Part shown: piece after piece, positions 42,233-51,224 of the stretch | Position numbering within the stretch: the first letter of the stretch is position 1 | How the letters are laid out: every line of letters begins with the position of its first letter | Program-made: the position numbers and the translations under genes | From: Thermoanaerobaculia bacterium | GTDB lineage: Bacteria > Acidobacteriota > Thermoanaerobaculia > Multivoradales > UBA5704 | Reading direction: 5' to 3' | Length of the DNA stretch: 64,000 bases | NCBI GenBank assembly: GCA_038250865.1 | Contig: JBBSBW010000006.1 | Span: forward strand, 26,424-90,423 | The notes under the pieces: model-generated | What the model was told of the DNA's origin: nothing | What the model saw: the letters and a program-made list of their open reading frames with translations, nothing else | Database searches by the model: none

Positions 42233-43290
42233 TCGATACCCCCGAACGCTCGCGCGATGCTCGCCTTGTACGGCGCTTCGAGAACCCCGGCGTCGGTGAC
42301 GATCGCTCGGATCAGCTCGGCGGGCGTCACGTCGAAGGCGAAGTTGATCGCGTCGGTGCCATCGGGGGCGATTTGGGTGCCGAAGACTTCGGTGACTTCA
42401 ATCGCCTTGCGCTGTTCGATCGGGATGCCCGAGCCGCCGGCCAACGTTCGGTCGATCGTCGAGAGGGGGGCTGCGACGTAGAAGGGCACGCCGTGGCGGG
42501 CGGCGAGTACCGCGAGCGGGTAGGTGCCGATCTTGTTCGCCGCATCGCCATTCGCTGCGATCCGGTCGGCGCCGACGATGACCCGCTCCACCAGGCCGAG
42601 CGATAGGAGCGTCGCGGCGCTCGAATCGGTCGCCAGGGTGTGGGGGATGCCCAGCCTTTTGAGTTCCCAGGTGGTGAGCCGCGCGCCCTGGAGCAGCGGT
42701 CGGGTCTCGTCGACCCAGACTTTCGAGACTTTTCCCTGCCGCCAGGCGGACTGGATCACGCCGAGCGCCGTGCCGTAACCGGCGGTCGCGAGCGAGCCGG
42801 TATTGCAATGGGTGAGCACCCGATCGCCGGAAGCGAAGAGGGTCGCGCCGAATTCGCCCATCCGAAGATTGGCGTCGATGTCGTCGCGGTGCATTTCCTC
42901 GGCCCAGGCCAGCGGATCCGCCGCCCGCTCGGCGGAGGGCCGGCCGGAACTCGCCGCGAAACGCGCGCGACCCCGGTCGAGCGCCCAACGCAGGTTGACC
43001 GCCGTCGGACGTGTCGCCCCGAGCAGCTCAAACGTGGACTCGAACCGCTGTTCGGATTCCCGCTCGTCGCGGGCCGGAGCCACCCCTAAGACCAAGCCGT
43101 AGGCTGCTGCCACGCCGATCGCGGGCGCGCCGCGAATCGCCAGGCGGTAGATCGCATCCGCCAACTGTTCCGGGCTTTCGCAACGAAGCCAGGTCTCCTC
43201 GCGGGGCAAGAGGGTTTGCTCGAGCAGCTCGAGCGCGCCGTCGTGCCACCTCAAGGGTGAGAAGATGTCTTCCCGATTCACGCCGCGCAT
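42229..43290 (-). CDS. mtnA: S-methyl-5-thioribose-1-phosphate isomerase (MtnA; eIF-2B alpha/beta/delta-like)
   Basis: The start is reassigned to MRGVNREDIFSPLRW. Conserved motifs RPTAVNL, GANR, C/D catalytic pair, and the Rossmann-like C-terminal half. Confidence 0.85.
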   Translation of the reverse strand: MRGVNREDIFSPLRWHDGALELLEQTLLPREETWLRCESPEQLADAIYRLAIRGAPAIGVAAAYGLVLGVAPARDERESEQRFESTFELLGATRPTAVNLRWALDRGRARFAASSGRPSAERAADPLAWAEEMHRDDIDANLRMGEFGATLFASGDRVLTHCNTGSLATAGYGTALGVIQSAWRQGKVSKVWVDETRPLLQGARLTTWELKRLGIPHTLATDSSAATLLSLGLVERVIVGADRIAANGDAANKIGTYPLAVLAARHGVPFYVAAPLSTIDRTLAGGSGIPIEQRKAIEVTEVFGTQIAPDGTDAINFAFDVTPAELIRAIVTDAGVLEAPYKASIARAFGGIE

Positions 43291-43455
43291 CTTAACCCCG
43301 GTGCGGAGGGCTTCGGTCCCTCTCTTCCGAGGTTCGATCGCCGAACTCTTTACTCGGAGCGAAAAGCGGCTGTTACAATGCGCCGCGATCCTTGGGGTGA
43401 GCGGCGACAAGAATTCGATCGAGCGGAGATCTGCTCCGCGAAAAAGGGGAAGCGC

Positions 43456-44622
43456 TTGAAAGGTGATCCTTCGAAGCTCGCGTTTGCAACCCGCGCGATT
43501 CACGCCGGGCAGTCTCCCGACCCGACGACCGGTGCGGTCACGGTGCCGATCTATCAGACTTCGACCTACTCCCAGGCGAGCCTCGGCGAGAACACCGGCT
43601 TCGAATACGCCCGCAGCCAGAACCCAACCCGCTTCGCGCTTGAAGACCTCGTGGCCTCCCTCGAAGGGGGCGTCAAGGGCCACGCCTTCGCTTCGGGCAT
43701 GGCGGCGATCTCCTGTTTGATGACGATCCTCAAGGCAGGCGACCACGTGGTGGTCTCCCAAAACGTCTACGGCGGGACGTTTCGCTACTTCACCCGAGTC
43801 CTCGAAAAATTCGGGCTGTCGTTCAGCTGGATCGACACGACGAGCCTCGAAGCGGTCGAGGCGGCGATGACGCCTTCGACCCGCATGGTGTACCTGGAGA
43901 CGCCGTCGAATCCGTTGATGGAAGTCACCGACATCGCGGCGGTCGCCGAGATCGCCCATGCTCACGGCGCGAAGGTGGCGGTCGACAACACGTTTCTGTC
44001 GCCTTACTTTCAACAGCCGCTCGCACTGGGTGCCGATTTCGTCGTCCATTCGACGACCAAGTTCTTGAACGGCCACAGCGATTCGATCAGCGGCGCGCTG
44101 GTCTCGAAGGCGGTGGAGGACGGCGAGTGGTTCACCCTGTCGCAGAAGTCCGCGGGCGGTATCCTCGCGCCCTTCGAGTGCTTCCTCGTGATGCGCGGAA
44201 TCAAGACGCTCGCGGTCCGGATGGAACGTCACGAGGCCAATACCCGGGCGATCGTCGATTTCCTGACCCGTCACCGCGCGGTTCGCGGAGTCCTCTTTCC
44301 GGGATTGCCGACCCATCCGGGTCATGAAATCCAGAAGCGCCAGGCGAGCGGTTTCGGCTCGATGATTTCGATCGAACTCGGTAGCTATGCGAATGCCAAG
44401 GCGATGCTCGATTCGATGCGCCTCTGGGCGCTCGCCGAAAGCTTGGGCGGGGTTGAGAGCCTGATCAGCCATCCGGCCTCCATGACCCATGCCTCGATCC
44501 CTCTGGAACGGCGCGACGCGCTCGGCATCACCGAGGGCCTGGTCCGCCTTTCGGTCGGAATCGAGGCGGTGGAAGATTTGCTCGCCGACCTGGAGCAGGG
44601 GCTCAACGCGGTCCCGGCCTAG
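43456..44622 (+). CDS. PLP-dependent trans-sulfuration enzyme (methionine gamma-lyase / cystathionine gamma-synthase family)
   Basis: Putative TTG start after an AAAGGGGAAG RBS. FATRAIHAGQ, the PLP-lysine region STTKFLNGHSD, and a C-terminal domain typical of the Cys/Met metabolism PLP family. Confidence 0.85.
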   Translation: MKGDPSKLAFATRAIHAGQSPDPTTGAVTVPIYQTSTYSQASLGENTGFEYARSQNPTRFALEDLVASLEGGVKGHAFASGMAAISCLMTILKAGDHVVVSQNVYGGTFRYFTRVLEKFGLSFSWIDTTSLEAVEAAMTPSTRMVYLETPSNPLMEVTDIAAVAEIAHAHGAKVAVDNTFLSPYFQQPLALGADFVVHSTTKFLNGHSDSISGALVSKAVEDGEWFTLSQKSAGGILAPFECFLVMRGIKTLAVRMERHEANTRAIVDFLTRHRAVRGVLFPGLPTHPGHEIQKRQASGFGSMISIELGSYANAKAMLDSMRLWALAESLGGVESLISHPASMTHASIPLERRDALGITEGLVRLSVGIEAVEDLLADLEQGLNAVPA

Positions 44623-44690
44623 AGCTGGAAGCGCGGGAGCCTGGCGGCCCCCGCGATCCATCATTGGATTCAGGCGTCGGGTTCGGGCGG

Positions 44691-45317
44691 CTATTTCCAC
44701 CGGCCGGTCGCGGCTTTGTAGGTGAGAACGCGCACCCTGCCGCTTCGACTGAGCACCCGAATCGCGGCAAGGCCCTTGTAGCCGTCGGTCAGGTAGAGCG
44801 AGCCGGGGGTGGCGCCTCCCAGGGGATCGAACGAGGCGAGATCGGAGCCGTTGAAGCGAACCGGATCGTCGAGCCGGCCGAGGCGATGGCTGGGATCTCC
44901 CGGATCGGTCGGCCGAATCCCGGGCGGAAAACCGAAGCGTAGGCCGAAACCGAGGCCGCCCAGGCGCCTCGGGCCGTCGATTTTCGGGTCGACGCCGGTG
45001 CGGATGTCGGCGCTGCGAACACCGTTTCCGTTGCCGTCGCGGTAGAGGGCGAAGGTCACCCCGCCTTTGGGATCGACGGCGAAGCGGACGGCGACATTGG
45101 CCGAGTGCCGAACCGCGAACGATTGTGCCAAGCGAAGGGCACCGACCAGCTCAGAGGCGGCCTGACGAAGGCGAAGGGCGCTCACTGCCCGGTGGAGCGG
45201 CGAAATCAACAGCGTTCCTAAAAGGACCAGGAGCGCGAAGACCACGAGAAGCTCGATCAGGGTAAAGCCTGTGGCAGATCGGGCAAGGCGTCTAAGAGGG
45301 AAGGCAGAGAGCTTCAT
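44691..45317 (-). CDS. Prepilin-type N-terminal cleavage/methylation domain protein (pseudopilin/minor pilin-like)
   Basis: AGGAG RBS; class III signal ...SATG|FTLIELLVVFALLVLLGTLLI. Confidence 0.75.
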   Translation of the reverse strand: MKLSAFPLRRLARSATGFTLIELLVVFALLVLLGTLLISPLHRAVSALRLRQAASELVGALRLAQSFAVRHSANVAVRFAVDPKGGVTFALYRDGNGNGVRSADIRTGVDPKIDGPRRLGGLGFGLRFGFPPGIRPTDPGDPSHRLGRLDDPVRFNGSDLASFDPLGGATPGSLYLTDGYKGLAAIRVLSRSGRVRVLTYKAATGRWK

Positions 45318-45378
45318 TGCGGCTCCTGGGGAAAGCCCGGGCCGGAGCGTTCGCCGCTCCGGCTCGGAAACCCCGACC

Positions 45379-45738
45379 TCAGCGGCTCGCGCCTTTTTCA
45401 GCGCGGGCACCTTTCACTTTTTCTTTGAGGGTGGTTTCGCCGCTGATCGCGAGGTAGGGCCGAAGAAGCGCGAAAGTCTTTTCGCCGACCCCTTTGACGA
45501 GCATCAGGTCCTCGACCTTCTTGAAGGCCCCGTTGGCCTTGCGGTGCTCGACGATTCGCTGGGCGACGGAGGGGCCGACCCGGGGAAGCAAGGCGAGCTG
45601 GGAGCCGTCGGCGGTGTTGATGTTGACCACCTTCGAGGCCGCGGGGGCGGCTGCGATCGCGGCCGGGGGAGAGAAAACGGCGAGGACGAGGGCGAGAAGG
45701 ACGAGAACGGCGGGGACGCGGTTGCGATTGAGTTTCAT
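45379..45738 (-). CDS. comEA: ComEA-family helix-hairpin-helix DNA-binding (competence) protein
   Basis: Signal/anchor followed by a tandem HhH motif (VNINTADGSQLALLPRVGPSVAQRIVEHR...KVEDLMLVKGVGEKT). Confidence 0.85.
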   Translation of the reverse strand: MKLNRNRVPAVLVLLALVLAVFSPPAAIAAAPAASKVVNINTADGSQLALLPRVGPSVAQRIVEHRKANGAFKKVEDLMLVKGVGEKTFALLRPYLAISGETTLKEKVKGARAEKGASR

Positions 45739-45773
45739 GGGCTGCTCCTTGGTTCATTTGGTTTTGATGTGGG

Positions 45774-45793
45774 TGGATGGATGGATGGATGGA
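45774..45793. repeat. (TGGA)5 tetranucleotide microsatellite in the comEA upstream region
   Basis: tggatggatggatggatgga, followed by TGGG, 36-55 bp upstream of the comEA start codon. Confidence 0.8.
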
Positions 45794-46195
45794 TGGGAAA
45801 ACGGGTGTTAGGGGGTGGGTTCGCTCGAGGGGGCGGTGGAAGCGCCCCTCTCGGCCCTTCGCTGGCGGTTTTTTGTCTCCCTTAAGCGGCTCGCTCCACC
45901 TCCCCTCCGGTTCAAGTTCGGGAGGGACGTAGATCAAAGCGGCTGCCAGCCCCTTTGGATGGACGCAAACACAGGCAAACAAACGGCTTGATGGTGTTTA
46001 CCCGGCGCGCCGGGAGGGCGTTGGCGTCCAGGGAGCTTGTCGGGCACGGGCAGGGATATGGCGCTCCCCGCCCGCGAAAAGGGGGGTGCAAAAGAACTTG
46101 ACGAGCGCACAATCTTTTGCGGGGGTCGGGCAGGAAGGAGCAGGAAGACCGGATCGGTAGCCGGAAAAGGGGTCTTTCGAGTAGATTAGGCCGCC

Positions 46196-46942
46196 ATGTC
46201 GAAGAGCCCGAAACTTGAGGAAGTGCTGCGCAGCCCGGCGGACAAAAATCCCCCGAAGTCCTTGTTCCGCGAATATGCCGAGGCGTTCGTGATCGCCGCG
46301 ATCTTTCTACGCTTCGCGAACACCTTCGTCGTCCAGACCTTCTACATTCCAAGCGGTTCGATGGAGAACACGCTGTTGGTCGGGGACCATCTGTTCGTCA
46401 ACCGGTTCATCTTCGGGCCGGATACGCCGGGCCTCGGCAAGCTCCTGCCCGGGCGGTTGATCCACCGCGGCGACATCGTCGTCTTCCGGTCGCCGCAGGA
46501 CCCGAAGCTCGACCTGGTCAAGCGCTGCATCGGCCTACCGGGCGACACGATCGACGTTCGGGACAAGCAGCTATACATCAACGACAAGAAGGTCGAGGAT
46601 GCGGGCTACGCGATCCACACGGACCCGAATCTCTACCAGGACCAGCCCTACTTCGACAGCGAAGGACGGATCCGCGACAACTTCGGACCCTTCACCGTGC
46701 CGGCGGGAAACTACTTCTGCATGGGCGACAATCGCGATCGCTCCTTCGACTCCCGATTCTGGGGCACGCTGCCCGCCCACATGGTCAAAGGGCGCGCGTC
46801 GACGATCTACTGGTCCTATGGCGGCGAGACCTCCGACGGTCATTGGCCCGGTTGGGGAGCCAAGCTGCGACAGATCGCGGATACCGCCATCGGATTTTTC
46901 GGTCGCACGCGCTGGAGCCGCACTTTCCTCACCCCCCGCTAG
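46196..46942 (+). CDS. lepB: Signal peptidase I (LepB) paralog 1
   Basis: S26 boxes: GSMENTL (Ser), ...KRCIGLPGD (Lys), GDNRDRSFDSRFWG. Confidence 0.9.
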   Translation: MSKSPKLEEVLRSPADKNPPKSLFREYAEAFVIAAIFLRFANTFVVQTFYIPSGSMENTLLVGDHLFVNRFIFGPDTPGLGKLLPGRLIHRGDIVVFRSPQDPKLDLVKRCIGLPGDTIDVRDKQLYINDKKVEDAGYAIHTDPNLYQDQPYFDSEGRIRDNFGPFTVPAGNYFCMGDNRDRSFDSRFWGTLPAHMVKGRASTIYWSYGGETSDGHWPGWGAKLRQIADTAIGFFGRTRWSRTFLTPR

Positions 46943-46954
46943 CGAGTTTCGGCG

Positions 46955-47647
46955 ATGGCCGCGAGAAGCACGGGGCGGGAGTATCTGGAGGCTTTGCTGG
47001 TCGCGTTCATCTTCGCGACTTTCGCCCGTACCTTCCTTTTTCAGGCCTTTGAGATTCCGACCGGCTCGATGGAGAAGAATCTCCTGGTCGGCGATCACAT
47101 CCTGGTCAACAAATTCATTTTCGGACCGGCGCACTTCGACTTCGAGAAGCACCTTTTGCCGCTCCGCCCGATCGAGCGAGGGGACGTGGTGGTCTTCCGC
47201 TACCCGAGAGATCCCTCTCAAGACTTCATCAAGCGATGTGTCGGGGTCGGCGGCGACTTGGTGGAGATCGTCCACCGCGAACTGGTGCTCAACGAGAAGC
47301 CGGTCCTCGACCACTCCTACACCTATCATTTCGGGGACGATCCGCGGTCCGATCCGGTCGGGCTGTACGAGGTGCGGCCGCGAGATAACTTCGGTCCCTT
47401 TAGGGTTCCGCCCGGCAACAGCTTTTGCTTGGGCGACAACCGGGATAACTCGCAAGACTCACGATACTGGGGACCGGTGCCCGACGAGCTGGTGAAAGGA
47501 CGGGCCTTGCTGATCTATTGGTCGGTGGCAGTCGACGACCCGGATCTCGGTGTGGCGCCGCGCGGTTGGCTCGACAGAAACCTGCGGTCGCTCGGACGCC
47601 TGGTTCGGGCAACCCGCTGGAACCGTTCCTTCGGATCGGTCCGTTGA
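46955..47647 (+). CDS. lepB: Signal peptidase I (LepB) paralog 2
   Basis: S26 boxes: GSMEKNL, KRCVGVGGD, GDNRDNSQDSRYWG. Tandem duplicate of the previous gene. Confidence 0.9.
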   Translation: MAARSTGREYLEALLVAFIFATFARTFLFQAFEIPTGSMEKNLLVGDHILVNKFIFGPAHFDFEKHLLPLRPIERGDVVVFRYPRDPSQDFIKRCVGVGGDLVEIVHRELVLNEKPVLDHSYTYHFGDDPRSDPVGLYEVRPRDNFGPFRVPPGNSFCLGDNRDNSQDSRYWGPVPDELVKGRALLIYWSVAVDDPDLGVAPRGWLDRNLRSLGRLVRATRWNRSFGSVR

Positions 47648-47757
47648 TCGATTCTGCGGTGCTGGCGAAAGGACGAGGGGCTGCTAGACTATGCTTCTTA
47701 CCAACAGAACGTGACCGGCGAGGCCGGGGATCGAACTTGGGGCTTTAGGAGGCTCGG

Positions 47758-48126
47758 ATGCGTCTACGAAGAGGCCAGCGAGGCGAAGGAAATCTAGGCT
47801 GCATCCTCTGGGCCGTGCTGTTGGCGGTTGTGGCGCTCATGGCCTGGAAAACGATTCCCGTGAAGCTCAACAGCTCGGAGATGTACGACTTCATGGAAGA
47901 GCAGGCGAAGTTTGCCGCCCAGACTCCAGACGAAGAGCTGAAGAAGCAAATTCTCATCAAAGCCCAACAGCTGGGAATCGCCTTGGACAAGGATCAAGTC
48001 ACGGTCGAGCGCATCGGTGATCGGATCCGGATGAAAGCCGACTACCAGATCCCGATCGAGTTCCCGTTTAAAACCTACGTGTGGAAATTCCACCACGAGG
48101 TCGATCGTCCCATCTTCATCTTCTAA
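47758..48126 (+). CDS. Hypothetical membrane-anchored protein (122 aa)
   Basis: N-terminal TM (LGCILWAVLLAVVALMAW) plus a soluble domain; no family recognised. Confidence 0.45.
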   Translation: MRLRRGQRGEGNLGCILWAVLLAVVALMAWKTIPVKLNSSEMYDFMEEQAKFAAQTPDEELKKQILIKAQQLGIALDKDQVTVERIGDRIRMKADYQIPIEFPFKTYVWKFHHEVDRPIFIF

Positions 48127-48127
48127 G

Positions 48128-49843
48128 TTGGGTGGACGACGGCGCGCGGCCCTGGTGCGCGCGCTCGGCACCTCTCTGCTGCCGGGGCTCCTGCTCGGCG
48201 GCCACGTCGCAGGGTTGTTGTTTTTCCTCAACCCGCGCGTCGCCTTCACTCCGTTCGGGGTCGGCCGGGCGATGCTTCTCTATGGCGCGCTGCTCGGCGC
48301 CTTGGGCTCCGCGCTTCAGTCGCCCTGGCTGTGGCGGCGACCGGAACGCTCGGCCCGCTGGTTGCCCTGGACGCTCACCCTGGCGCTTTTCCTCGGAGCG
48401 ATCCTAGATGCCGCTCATGCCTCGTTTTACGCTTACTTTTTGCCTCCGGGCATCAACGTCCGGCTGCTGAAGACGGCTCTTTGGCTCGCGCTCGGCGGGC
48501 TGATCGCGTTTTATACCGCCCTGCTCCATACGCTGGACAGGAGGGCGTACGGCTGGCGCAGCCGTTGCGCCTTGGGGCTGCTCGCTTTACTCTCGATCGT
48601 CGCGGCGGTCGAGCGCCGAGAGGCCTTCCGGCCGCCTCCCGAGGCGAACGCCCGTCCTCCAGCGATCGAGCGTTCGGAGCGGCACCATCTTTGGGTCGTC
48701 GGGATCGACAGCGCGACCCTCGACGCAATCTTACCGCTCGCCGGCCAGGGCCGGCTTCCGGCGTTCTCGGCGCTGCTTCGCGAAGGAGCCTATGGACGGC
48801 TCGAAACGCTCGGTCCCAACCGGCGGCCGGCGCTTTGGGCGACCCTCGCGACGGGAAAGTATCCCTGGAAGAGCGGCATCACCGGTGAAATCGATCACTC
48901 CGGCGGCTTCGCGGTCCCGGGATCCGAGCTGAACCTGCTGCCACGCGGAATCGGCTTTCGGCTTTGGGGCCTGCTCGGACCGGATCCCACCCCCGGCGAG
49001 GCACGGCGTAGAGCCCTGGGATTGTGGGAGATCTTTTCCCGCTTGGGACTCTCCTCCGCGTCGCTTTCGTGGCCTTCGACCTGGCCGCCGACGGGCAGCG
49101 GCGGTGCGGTGGTTTCGGAGCGTTTTTTTCGTTCGCCGAGAGGACTCTCCGAAGCGGTTCCGGCGGCTTTGGGCCGGCTCGCGAAGAGCCTTGAGGTGCG
49201 GCCCACGGATCTCGACCCGGAGACCCTCAAGATTCTTGGCCCGCGCCCCTCTGCAGGTTCCAGGGAGGCCCTGGCGGGAGATCTCTGGCGAGAGGAAGTC
49301 GCTCTGGCTCTCCCGCGGGAAAACTCAGGGGCTGCGCCGCCGAGTTTTTCCTTCGTCGTGCTCCCCGGCCTTGCGACGATCTCGGCGGAAAGCTTCGGCG
49401 GTTTTTATGCTGCTCAATTCGGCGGTGCCGCGAGCGCAGGAGCGCAGGGGGCGGGCCGTCGCCTCGCCGAGTATTACGAGCATCTCGATCGGTTCCTCGG
49501 CCGGTTGCTCGCGGATCGAGCCGGGACTTTGGTGGCGATCGTCTCGGCCCAGGGCGCCGCGCCGATCGGCTGGTGGGAGCGGGTAGAAGGGGGCGGCTCG
49601 CTCGGAGGGACCTTTGAAGGGGCGCCGGACGGGGTCTTCATTCTGGCGGGGCCGGGCATTCGCGCCGGGGCGCTGATCGCCGATCCCCGCCTGGTCGACG
49701 TGGCGCCGACGCTGCTTTACGCGCTCGGGCTCCCGGTGGCCCGCGATCTCGACGGGCGCGTGCTCACCGGAGCGTTTGAAGCTTCGTTTCTCGCCCGGCG
49801 GCCCCTGTCGTTTTTCCCCTCGTACGAGGCGCTTTCGCCCTAA
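48128..49843 (+). CDS. Membrane-anchored alkaline-phosphatase-superfamily protein (nucleotide pyrophosphatase/phosphodiesterase-like)
   Basis: Four N-terminal TM helices, then an AP-superfamily core (HLWVVGIDSATLD metal-binding start, ...GKYPWKSGITG, ...GGHG-like distal motifs). Confidence 0.6.
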   Translation: MGGRRRAALVRALGTSLLPGLLLGGHVAGLLFFLNPRVAFTPFGVGRAMLLYGALLGALGSALQSPWLWRRPERSARWLPWTLTLALFLGAILDAAHASFYAYFLPPGINVRLLKTALWLALGGLIAFYTALLHTLDRRAYGWRSRCALGLLALLSIVAAVERREAFRPPPEANARPPAIERSERHHLWVVGIDSATLDAILPLAGQGRLPAFSALLREGAYGRLETLGPNRRPALWATLATGKYPWKSGITGEIDHSGGFAVPGSELNLLPRGIGFRLWGLLGPDPTPGEARRRALGLWEIFSRLGLSSASLSWPSTWPPTGSGGAVVSERFFRSPRGLSEAVPAALGRLAKSLEVRPTDLDPETLKILGPRPSAGSREALAGDLWREEVALALPRENSGAAPPSFSFVVLPGLATISAESFGGFYAAQFGGAASAGAQGAGRRLAEYYEHLDRFLGRLLADRAGTLVAIVSAQGAAPIGWWERVEGGGSLGGTFEGAPDGVFILAGPGIRAGALIADPRLVDVAPTLLYALGLPVARDLDGRVLTGAFEASFLARRPLSFFPSYEALSP

Positions 49844-49887
49844 GCGCCGCCCGGCGCCCGGTGATTAGCACCCCCTAAGGATTCGGC

Positions 49888-50310
49888 TTATTCCGGCTTG
49901 GCCGGGCCGCCGGACTTGGCCGTTTCTCTGCGCTGGGCAGAAAGAGGAGTCCCCGACGCAGGTGCCGGCGGAGCCATGGCGCACCGGCCTTCGAACAGGG
50001 CGCCATCTTCGACGATCAGGGCGGGGGTTTCAAGGTCGGCAAACACTTTGCCGGTGGGGGTGATCTGAACCCGGCGTACCGCCCGGATCGTGCCCCGCAC
50101 CACGCCGGAAACGAAAACCTGGCCGACCTCGATCTCCCCTTCGACCTCCCCGCCTTCTCCGACTACCAGGTCTCCGCCCGAGCGGACGATTCCGGTGAGC
50201 TTGCCGTCGACTCGGAAGGTCGTTTCAAACCGGAGCTCGCCGTTGATGTGGCTTCCGGTATCGAGAAAACCGTTCAGGTCGCTCTGTTTCCCGTCGTTCT
50301 TGAAGATCAT
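49888..50310 (-). CDS. Bactofilin (CcmA-like polymer-forming cytoskeletal protein)
   Basis: Beta-helical repeat pattern (INGELRFETTFRVDGKLTGIVRSGGDLVVGEGGEVEGEIEVGQVFVSGVVRGTIRA) with Pro/Ala-rich tails. Confidence 0.8.
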   Translation of the reverse strand: MIFKNDGKQSDLNGFLDTGSHINGELRFETTFRVDGKLTGIVRSGGDLVVGEGGEVEGEIEVGQVFVSGVVRGTIRAVRRVQITPTGKVFADLETPALIVEDGALFEGRCAMAPPAPASGTPLSAQRRETAKSGGPAKPE

Positions 50311-51224
50311 GACTCCTCCGCGCGACCCATGAGGAGATCGTAGAGCCGAATCAGCTCCTCCTCAGAATGAAAGTGCACCTGCAGTTGGCCTCCCTTGCCC
50401 CGCCTGCGGATTTCGATGCGCGTTTGCAGCTTCCGGGTGAGGCTCTCCAGGGCGGCGGCCGTGTTGCCGTCGACCGGCGGTTTCACCCGCGACGTCGACG
50501 GCTGTCGCTCCTTCTCGGGTTCCGCGGTAATGCGTTCAAGATCGCGCGCCGAGAGATTCTCGGAGACGGCGCGTTCGGCCAGGGCGATCTGCGCCTCCTC
50601 CGATGCCAGGCCAAGTAGCGGCCTCGCCTGTCCGGCCGTGAGCGCTCCGCTCCGCATGAGATCGCGGACGTCTTCAGGTAACTTCAAGAGCCGTAAGGAG
50701 TTAGAGACCGAAGAGCGACTTTTTCCGACGCGCGCCGCGATCTCCTCATGCTGCAAGCCGAAACCCTGAAGGGCCAGCAGCGCTTCCGCCTCTTCGATCG
50801 GATTCAGGTCCGAGCGTTGGAGGTTTTCGACCAATGCCAGCTCCAGCAGGTGACGATCGCCGCTCACCTCCCGAATGACGACAGGAACTTCGGTGAGACC
50901 GGCGCGCCGGGCGGCCCGCCAGCGCCGTTCGCCGGCCACGATCAAAAACGTTCCTTCGCCCGTAGCTGCGACCACCAGAGGCTGGATGATCCCCTGGGTC
51001 CGAATCGAATCGGCAAGCTCTTCGAGCTTGTCGTCGTCGAAGCGAACGCGGGGCTGGAGACGATTGGGCTGGAGCAGATCGATCGGTAGCACCGTTGGAA
51101 GCGCCGGGACTCTGGCCGCGGCTTCGCTTGCTTCAGTCGGCGCCGGATCTCCGGCCTTTTCGGTTTTCTCCTGAATCAAGGCCCCCAACCCGCGGCCGAG
51201 GCCGCCTTTTTTGCGCACGCTCAC
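50307..51224 (-). CDS. parB: Chromosome partitioning protein ParB/Spo0J
   Basis: GLGRGLGALI box, ParB box II (GERRWRAA), HTH. Overlaps the bactofilin start (ATGA). Confidence 0.9.
   Translation of the reverse strand: MSVRKKGGLGRGLGALIQEKTEKAGDPAPTEASEAAARVPALPTVLPIDLLQPNRLQPRVRFDDDKLEELADSIRTQGIIQPLVVAATGEGTFLIVAGERRWRAARRAGLTEVPVVIREVSGDRHLLELALVENLQRSDLNPIEEAEALLALQGFGLQHEEIAARVGKSRSSVSNSLRLLKLPEDVRDLMRSGALTAGQARPLLGLASEEAQIALAERAVSENLSARDLERITAEPEKERQPSTSRVKPPVDGNTAAALESLTRKLQTRIEIRRRGKGGQLQVHFHSEEELIRLYDLLMGRAEES

Noticed and set aside
43291-43455. Possible SAM or other riboswitch in the 165-bp leader between divergent mtnA and the methionine gamma-lyase-like gene
   Set aside because: Only short hairpins are visible (GTTCG...CGAAC). 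I could not match the SAM-I/II/IV consensus by eye; a covariance-model scan would be needed.
45820-45880. GC hairpin (GAGGGGGCG...CGCCCCTC) followed by GGTTTTTTGT on the plus strand, suggesting a small-RNA terminator
   Set aside because: The hairpin and T-run are separated by about 20 nt and there is no recognisable upstream promoter or known sRNA motif. Kept only as a note within the comEA-lepB intergenic finding.
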